A DNA stretch of 64,000 bases from an uncultured delta proteobacterium (GTDB lineage: Bacteria; Desulfobacterota; Binatia; Binatales; Binataceae). Shown here piece by piece: positions 58,740 to 64,000 of the stretch. How positions within the stretch are numbered: position 1 is the first letter of the stretch; every line of letters begins with the position of its first letter. The translations under genes and the position numbers were made by a program. The stretch spans positions 144,818-208,817 of the forward strand of contig CAVXXK010000014.1 in NCBI GenBank assembly GCA_963765675.1, written 5' to 3'. The notes beneath the pieces are model-generated. The model was not told the origin of the DNA. It did no database searches and saw only the letters and a list, made by a program, of their open reading frames with translations.

Positions 58740-60260
58740 GTGATGCTCCCGAAAACGGCGCCGCGCCCGAGCAACGCGATAGTCATATTACTCGACAGCC
58801 TGAACCGCCACATGCTGGGCGCTTACGGAGGACGCGAGTTCGCGACCCCCAACCTCGACGCCTTCGCGCGCCGTGCGATTCGCTTCGATCGGCACTATTC
58901 GGGCTCGCTGCCGTGCATGCCCGCGCGCCACGACATTCTCTGCGGCGCGCTCGATTTTCTGTGGAAGCCGTGGGGCTCGATCGAAATCTGGGAGCGCCCC
59001 GTCACCGCATGGCTGCGCGCCGCCGGCGTCGTCACCAAGCTGGTTTCGGACCATCCGCATCTGTTCGAAACCGGTGGCGAGAATTATCACACCGATTTCA
59101 CCGCGTGGGATTACCAGCGCGGACACGAGAGCGACCCGTGGCGGACGCGGCCCGACCCGTCGTGGATGGGCGCGCCGTCGTTCGGCCGGGGGCATATGCC
59201 CTACGACGACTCGCGCGGCTACTTTCGCGGCGAGGAGGATTTTCCAGGCCCGCGCACGATGCGTGCCGCGTGCGAATGGCTCGAGCGCGAGGCGCCCGCC
59301 GACGCGCGCTTCATGCTCTTTGTCGACGAGTTCGATCCGCACGAGCCGTTCGACACGCCCGAGCCTTACGCCTCGATGTACGATTCGTCGTGGAGCGGGC
59401 CGCATCTCATCTGGCCGCCGTACATGAGCGGCGCGATCGAGAAAGGCGTCCTCACGCCCGCGCAGGCGCGCCAGGTGCGCGCTTCCTACGGCGCGAAGCT
59501 CACGATGATCGACGCGTGGGTCGGAAAGCTGTTCGCGGCGATCGAGCGCGGCGGCTTTTACGACAACACCGCCGTGATCTTATGCACCGATCACGGCCAC
59601 TACCTCGGCGAAAAAGATATCTGGGGCAAGCCCGCCGTTCCGATCTACGAGCCTCTCGGCCATACGCCGCTGTTCGTTGCCTGGCCGGGCGCGCAATCGG
59701 GATCGATCGACACGCTTACGACCAATGTTGATCTCTCGGCGACGATCGCCGACATTTTCGGCGTCGCGATGAAGCATCGCACACACGGCCGCTCGATCCT
59801 CCCGCTGTTCACCGGCGAGCAGAGCTCGATTCGTGATTGGGCGCTCGCAGGGGTATGGGGCCGCGAGGTTCATCTGATCGACGCTGAGCGCAAATACGCG
59901 CGCGCTCCGTCGGGCGACAACGCTCCGCTTAGCCTGTGGTCGAACCGGTGGTCCACGATGCCGGTGCATCGGATTCCCGAGCTGACGCTGCCGGCGCCCG
60001 ACGACCGCGCCGTGCTCGACCGGATGCCGGGGTCGCACATCCCGGTTATCCGCCAGCCATTTCGCGCGGGCGATCTGCTGCCGTTCTGGGCGATGGGAAA
60101 GTTCGGCGGAAATTTTCTCTATCGCGTGCGCGATGATCCCGCCGAGGAAAACAATCTCGCCGGCTCGCGCGCGGAGAAAGACGCGGCCGACGCGTTACGC
60201 GCCGCACTGCTCTCGATCGACGCGCCTAAGGATCAGCTCAAGCGCCTCGGCCTCGCATGA
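58740..60260 (+). CDS. Sulfatase family protein (Cys-type)
   Basis: LDSL, TPNLD, CMPAR (CxPxR), DPHEP, TDHG. Confidence 0.92.
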   Translation: MMLPKTAPRPSNAIVILLDSLNRHMLGAYGGREFATPNLDAFARRAIRFDRHYSGSLPCMPARHDILCGALDFLWKPWGSIEIWERPVTAWLRAAGVVTKLVSDHPHLFETGGENYHTDFTAWDYQRGHESDPWRTRPDPSWMGAPSFGRGHMPYDDSRGYFRGEEDFPGPRTMRAACEWLEREAPADARFMLFVDEFDPHEPFDTPEPYASMYDSSWSGPHLIWPPYMSGAIEKGVLTPAQARQVRASYGAKLTMIDAWVGKLFAAIERGGFYDNTAVILCTDHGHYLGEKDIWGKPAVPIYEPLGHTPLFVAWPGAQSGSIDTLTTNVDLSATIADIFGVAMKHRTHGRSILPLFTGEQSSIRDWALAGVWGREVHLIDAERKYARAPSGDNAPLSLWSNRWSTMPVHRIPELTLPAPDDRAVLDRMPGSHIPVIRQPFRAGDLLPFWAMGKFGGNFLYRVRDDPAEENNLAGSRAEKDAADALRAALLSIDAPKDQLKRLGLA

Positions 60261-60267
60261 TCGATGC

Positions 60268-60891
60268 CTAGTGCCCGTGCCCTCCGCTACCGTGCCCTCC
60301 GAAGCCGTGGCCGCCGAAGCCATGATGGCCGCCGCCCAAGCCACCTCCACCGCCGCCATGATGTATGCCGATACCCTCCGCGACAGGTCCGAGTCCGAGC
60401 AAATAGATCGATGGCGGGAACATTGATTCGTTAAGCGCGTTCAGCGCTACCACGTCGTCATCCTCCGAGTCCGCCACGTACGCCGCGGTATCGTTCTCCT
60501 GCGTGAGTTGCCACTGGTACTTTTGAAATGCCTGCGCGTTGCCCTCGAATACGCATCCGCAATTTCCAGGATCGTAGTACCAATAGACATTTCCATTCGG
60601 CGTCGGATAACTATGCATCGAATAGGTGGGCAACCCCTGCACCATCTGAAGCTGATCGGGATAGTGCGCCTCCATCCGCTCGAAACCTGCCTCGGCCAGC
60701 GCTGATTCCGTCAGCTCCACCGCCGCAGGCCGCGACGCCTCGTAATGCTGGTAGAGCGAGCACCCGGCCGCCGCGAACACTATCGAGCATGCGATCGAAA
60801 ACATGGCGCCATGGCACTGCATTCTGATTGCTCTCATGCTGGACGAATCGCCGGACACCGCTTTCGATCTCATATTATCTCTCCGGCGCAT
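60268..60891 (-). CDS. Hypothetical lipoprotein with Gly/His-rich tail; start uncertain
   Basis: Lipobox AAGC; NCGC motif; tail HHGGGGGGLGGGHHGFGGHGFGGHGSGGHGH. Confidence 0.65.
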   Translation of the reverse strand: MRRRDNMRSKAVSGDSSSMRAIRMQCHGAMFSIACSIVFAAAGCSLYQHYEASRPAAVELTESALAEAGFERMEAHYPDQLQMVQGLPTYSMHSYPTPNGNVYWYYDPGNCGCVFEGNAQAFQKYQWQLTQENDTAAYVADSEDDDVVALNALNESMFPPSIYLLGLGPVAEGIGIHHGGGGGGLGGGHHGFGGHGFGGHGSGGHGH

Positions 60892-60993
60892 ATTGCAAAG
60901 TGATCAATAGAGCTTAGCGCTACTCGCGCGTTGACATCATGGCTCGTGCCGCGATAGTTCACGAGCTTGGGAGAGTCCGTCCGGGAGATTACG

Positions 60994-61425
60994 ATGAAAG
61001 ATCGCGCGTACGAAGCCGGCCTTGCCGTGCGCAGGCGCGTGCTCGGCGCGGCGCACGTCGAGCGCTCGTTCGCCGCGGCCACCGAGTTCGATCGCGAATG
61101 GCAACGCTTCGTAACCTCGAACGCGTGGGGCGCCGTCTGGACTCGTCCCGGACTCGAGCGCAAAACCCGCAGCCTGCTCACGATTACGATCTTGGCCATG
61201 CTCGGACGCGAGGAAGAATTGCGCCTTCATCTGCGCGCCACGCGCAACACCGGCGCGAGCCGCGACGAGGTCAAGGAAGCCCTGATGCAGTTGGCAGTCT
61301 ACGCCGGGGTGCCGGCAGCCAACGCCGCGTTTCGGATCGCCAAAGCGGTATTCGCGGAGATGGACGGTGATCAGAAAAGGCTCCCGGCGCCGAAACGCCG
61401 CGCGGCAAAGCGAGGCGCCGGATGA
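60994..61425 (+). CDS. pcaC: 4-carboxymuconolactone decarboxylase
   Basis: GLAVRRRVLGAAHV, AWGAVWTRPGL, YAGVPAANAAF; adjacent to pcaHG. Confidence 0.9.
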   Translation: MKDRAYEAGLAVRRRVLGAAHVERSFAAATEFDREWQRFVTSNAWGAVWTRPGLERKTRSLLTITILAMLGREEELRLHLRATRNTGASRDEVKEALMQLAVYAGVPAANAAFRIAKAVFAEMDGDQKRLPAPKRRAAKRGAG

Positions 61426-62114
61426 GCGCAGGATATCGCCGCCCCGCGCCGGGAGTTCATCCGGAAAACGACACGCCCGCATACGCGAGCACCGCCAAAC
61501 GCGCTCCGCGAAAGCCCGCAATCAAGATTCCGCATACGTTGTCCGAGATCACAGGCCCGCGTTTCGAGTGTTCGATTGGGCACACTGCCGACCTGACTAA
61601 TTTTGCAGGCGGCGCCGCCCTCGGTGAAAGGATTATTGTGGCCGGCCGCGTCTTCGACGACGACGGGCGTCCGATCCCGCACGCTCTTATCGAGCTATGG
61701 CAGGCGAATGCCGCAGGCCGCTACGCGCATCCGGCCGATCAACACGACGCTCCGCTCGATCCGCATTTCTCCGGCGCCGCGCGAATACTCACTGGCGACA
61801 ACGGTGAGTACCGCTTTATCACGATAAAGCCGGGCGCATATCCATGGCGAAATCATCCTAACGCGTGGCGTCCGCAGCATATCCATTTCAGTGTGTTCGG
61901 TCCCGGGTTTGCCGCGCGGCTGGTTACTCAGATGTATTTTCCTGGCGATCCGCTGCTCGCGTTCGATCCGATCTTCAACAGCGTCGCGAACCCAGCCGCA
62001 CGCGCGCGCCTGGTCTCCAGCTTTGAGCTTGATATTACCGTCGCTGAATACGCACTCGGATACCAATTCGATATAGTACTTCGCGGACGCGACGCCACTC
62101 CCGCACAAGACTGA
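61422..62114 (+). CDS. pcaH: Protocatechuate 3,4-dioxygenase beta subunit
   Basis: SEITGP, WQANAAGRY, KPGAYPWRNHPNAWRPQHIHFS. Confidence 0.95.
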   Translation: MSAGYRRPAPGVHPENDTPAYASTAKRAPRKPAIKIPHTLSEITGPRFECSIGHTADLTNFAGGAALGERIIVAGRVFDDDGRPIPHALIELWQANAAGRYAHPADQHDAPLDPHFSGAARILTGDNGEYRFITIKPGAYPWRNHPNAWRPQHIHFSVFGPGFAARLVTQMYFPGDPLLAFDPIFNSVANPAARARLVSSFELDITVAEYALGYQFDIVLRGRDATPAQD

Positions 62115-62115
62115 G

Positions 62116-62691
62116 ATGACTACCCGGCTCACTCCCTCGCAAACCGTCGGACCATTCTTCGGCCCCGCTCTGGTCCGTGCCGGTGCCGAGCGCATAGTGA
62201 ACGAAGCCGCGCGAGGCGAGAGGATAGTGATCAAGGGCAGGGTGCTCGACGGCGACGGCGTTCCCGTCCCCGACGCGATGATCGAAATCTGGCAAGCCAA
62301 CGCCGAAGGCCGCTATGACCATCCTGAAGATAAGCAGGAGAAGCTGCTGGATCCGAACTTCCACGGCTTCGGTCGCAGCGGCACCGGTTCATCCGGTGAA
62401 TATGAGTTTCACACGATCAAGCCGGGTCCGGTCGCGGGTGAGGGCGGTACGCTGCAGCCGCCGCATATTAACGTATGCGTTTTCGCGCGCGGATTGTTGC
62501 ATCATCTGATGACGCGAATCTATTTCCCCGACGAATCGGAGGCCAACGCTGCCGATTTTATCCTGAACCTGGTCGACCCGAAACGCCGCGCAAGCCTGAT
62601 CGCTCGCGACACCGCCGAATCGCACCCGCGCGTTCTTCGCTTCGATATTGTATTGCAGGGCGACAACGAAACGGTGTTTTTCGACGTGTGA
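62116..62691 (+). CDS. pcaG: Protocatechuate 3,4-dioxygenase alpha subunit
   Basis: TPSQTVGPF, PHINVCVFARGLL, LQGDNETVFFDV. Confidence 0.95.
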   Translation: MTTRLTPSQTVGPFFGPALVRAGAERIVNEAARGERIVIKGRVLDGDGVPVPDAMIEIWQANAEGRYDHPEDKQEKLLDPNFHGFGRSGTGSSGEYEFHTIKPGPVAGEGGTLQPPHINVCVFARGLLHHLMTRIYFPDESEANAADFILNLVDPKRRASLIARDTAESHPRVLRFDIVLQGDNETVFFDV

Positions 62692-62742
62692 TAGAGGCCG
62701 CTGATAGAGCCTGCCCGAGCAAGCTCAGAAGGAGACCCTTCG

Positions 62743-63876
62743 ATGCCTACCGCAGCGCCGCATAATCCTCCTTTTCGTGCCGACCATGTCGGAAGCCTGC
62801 TGCGGCCTCCCGCACTGCTGGCCGCGCGAGCGTCGCGGGCGGCGGGAAAGATCTCCGCCGCTGAACTTCGCGCCGTCGAGGACGCCGCGATTCGCGAAGT
62901 GATCGCATTCGAAGAGGAGGTCGGTCTTCAGTCGATAACCGACGGCGAGTATCGCCGCGAGGTCTTCTATTCCGATTTCTATTTTCGCGGACTCGGCGGC
63001 GGCACCGTCGCCTATGATCCAACCTCGATCGACGAAGCGTTCTTCATCGATCGCAACGGTCACAAGCTCCCGCTGCTGATTCCGAGCATCCAGAGCCGGA
63101 TGCGATGGACCGGGCCGATTCATACCGATGACTTCAACTTCATTCGCGCCTCGACCTCGCGCACGCCCAAGATTACTATTCCGTCGCCGACGATTATCCA
63201 CTTCCGTGCGGGCCGCGATAATATCAGCCGCGAGGTATATCCAGAGCTCGAAGGTTTCTGGGAAGATATAGTTGACGCGTTCCAACGCGAGTTGCATTCG
63301 CTCTACGATGCCGGATGCCGTTACGTGCAGATTGACGAAACCACTCTTATGTCACTGAACGACCGACGCAGCTGGGACCAGATGCGCAAGCGCGGCGACG
63401 ACGGCAAGAAGCTGTTGCTGGAGACCTACCCGGCGATAATCAATCGAGCGTTGGCCGGCCGTCCGCCGGAACTGCATATCGCGATGCATATGTGCCGGGG
63501 CAACAATCAAAGCCATTGGAGCGCCGAGGGCGCCTACGATCAGGTAGCTGATATAGTATTCAATCAAATCAATGTAGATTCCTACTTTCTGGAATATGAC
63601 ACCGACCGCGCTGGTGGGTTCGAACCGCTCCGAATGCTGCCCAAGCATAAAACGGCGGTGCTGGGATTAGTGTCAAGCAAATTCCCGGAACTCGAGAGCA
63701 AGGAAATGCTAAAGCGCCGGATCGACGAAGCCGCGAAATTCACCACCCTCGAGCAACTATCGCTAAGCCCCCAATGCGGCTTCGCCAGCACCGCCCCCGG
63801 CAACCGCATCACGGTAGACGATCAAAGAGCCAAACTCCGCCGAGTGGTAGAGGTCGCCCAGGAAGTTTGGGGTTGA
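62743..63876 (+). CDS. Cobalamin-independent methionine synthase II family (single-barrel MetE-like Zn enzyme)
   Basis: RADHVGSLLRP, TDGEYRR, HMCRGN, LEYD, SPQCGFAS. Confidence 0.88.
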   Translation: MPTAAPHNPPFRADHVGSLLRPPALLAARASRAAGKISAAELRAVEDAAIREVIAFEEEVGLQSITDGEYRREVFYSDFYFRGLGGGTVAYDPTSIDEAFFIDRNGHKLPLLIPSIQSRMRWTGPIHTDDFNFIRASTSRTPKITIPSPTIIHFRAGRDNISREVYPELEGFWEDIVDAFQRELHSLYDAGCRYVQIDETTLMSLNDRRSWDQMRKRGDDGKKLLLETYPAIINRALAGRPPELHIAMHMCRGNNQSHWSAEGAYDQVADIVFNQINVDSYFLEYDTDRAGGFEPLRMLPKHKTAVLGLVSSKFPELESKEMLKRRIDEAAKFTTLEQLSLSPQCGFASTAPGNRITVDDQRAKLRRVVEVAQEVWG

Positions 63877-63968
63877 TGATGTCCGCTCGGCGCCAATAAC
63901 GCCGGCGTCCGGACCTGCCGCGGATACTTTGGTGGAGGACTGAATTAAGTTAATTTGAGCGGGTCGAT

Positions 63969-64000
63969 GCCGGGGTGGTGAAATCGGTAGACACAGAGGA
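63969..64000 (+). tRNA. tRNA-Leu, 5' part only; anticodon outside the window
   Basis: GCCGGGGTGGTGAAATCGGTAGACACAGAGGA: 7-nt acceptor arm, TGG, and a Leu-type D-arm (GGTAGAC). Confidence 0.8.

Overview
High-GC bacterial chromosomal window, Gram-negative type (Mla operon, lipoproteins). The gene style (F420 LLM oxidoreductases, cofC, amidohydrolases, many REP-like palindromes) resembles Candidatus Binatota, but that is inference only. Housekeeping blocks: rplU-rpmA...obgE-proB-proA-nadD-rsfS, efp, sufT, mlaEFDCA, lpdA-lipB-lipA, rnhB, RNase II, pcaC-pcaH-pcaG, and a tRNA-Leu cut by the window end. Accessory content: HigBA and VapBC toxin-antitoxin pairs, a stand-alone DUF262-HNH nuclease, a decayed IS1595 island and several families of palindromic repeats. 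The best candidate for an undescribed system is 16116-21087. Two tiny desulforedoxin-like genes (C-x2-C-x15-CC, both missing from the ORF track, one ending in a KPLPSSD tail) bracket an operon of amidohydrolase, crotonase, adenylate-forming ligase and a degenerate crotonase. This suggests a small metal-binding carrier or accessory protein pathway. Also notable: a membrane-anchored half-MtrA tetraheme cytochrome coupled to a NarI/Isp1-like cytochrome b, a catalytically degenerate PDH E1 pair with no E2, and an EF-P with a PGNWRG loop. At least six genes carry single-base (+1) frameshifts that look like assembly errors. All calls are by eye; no searches were run.
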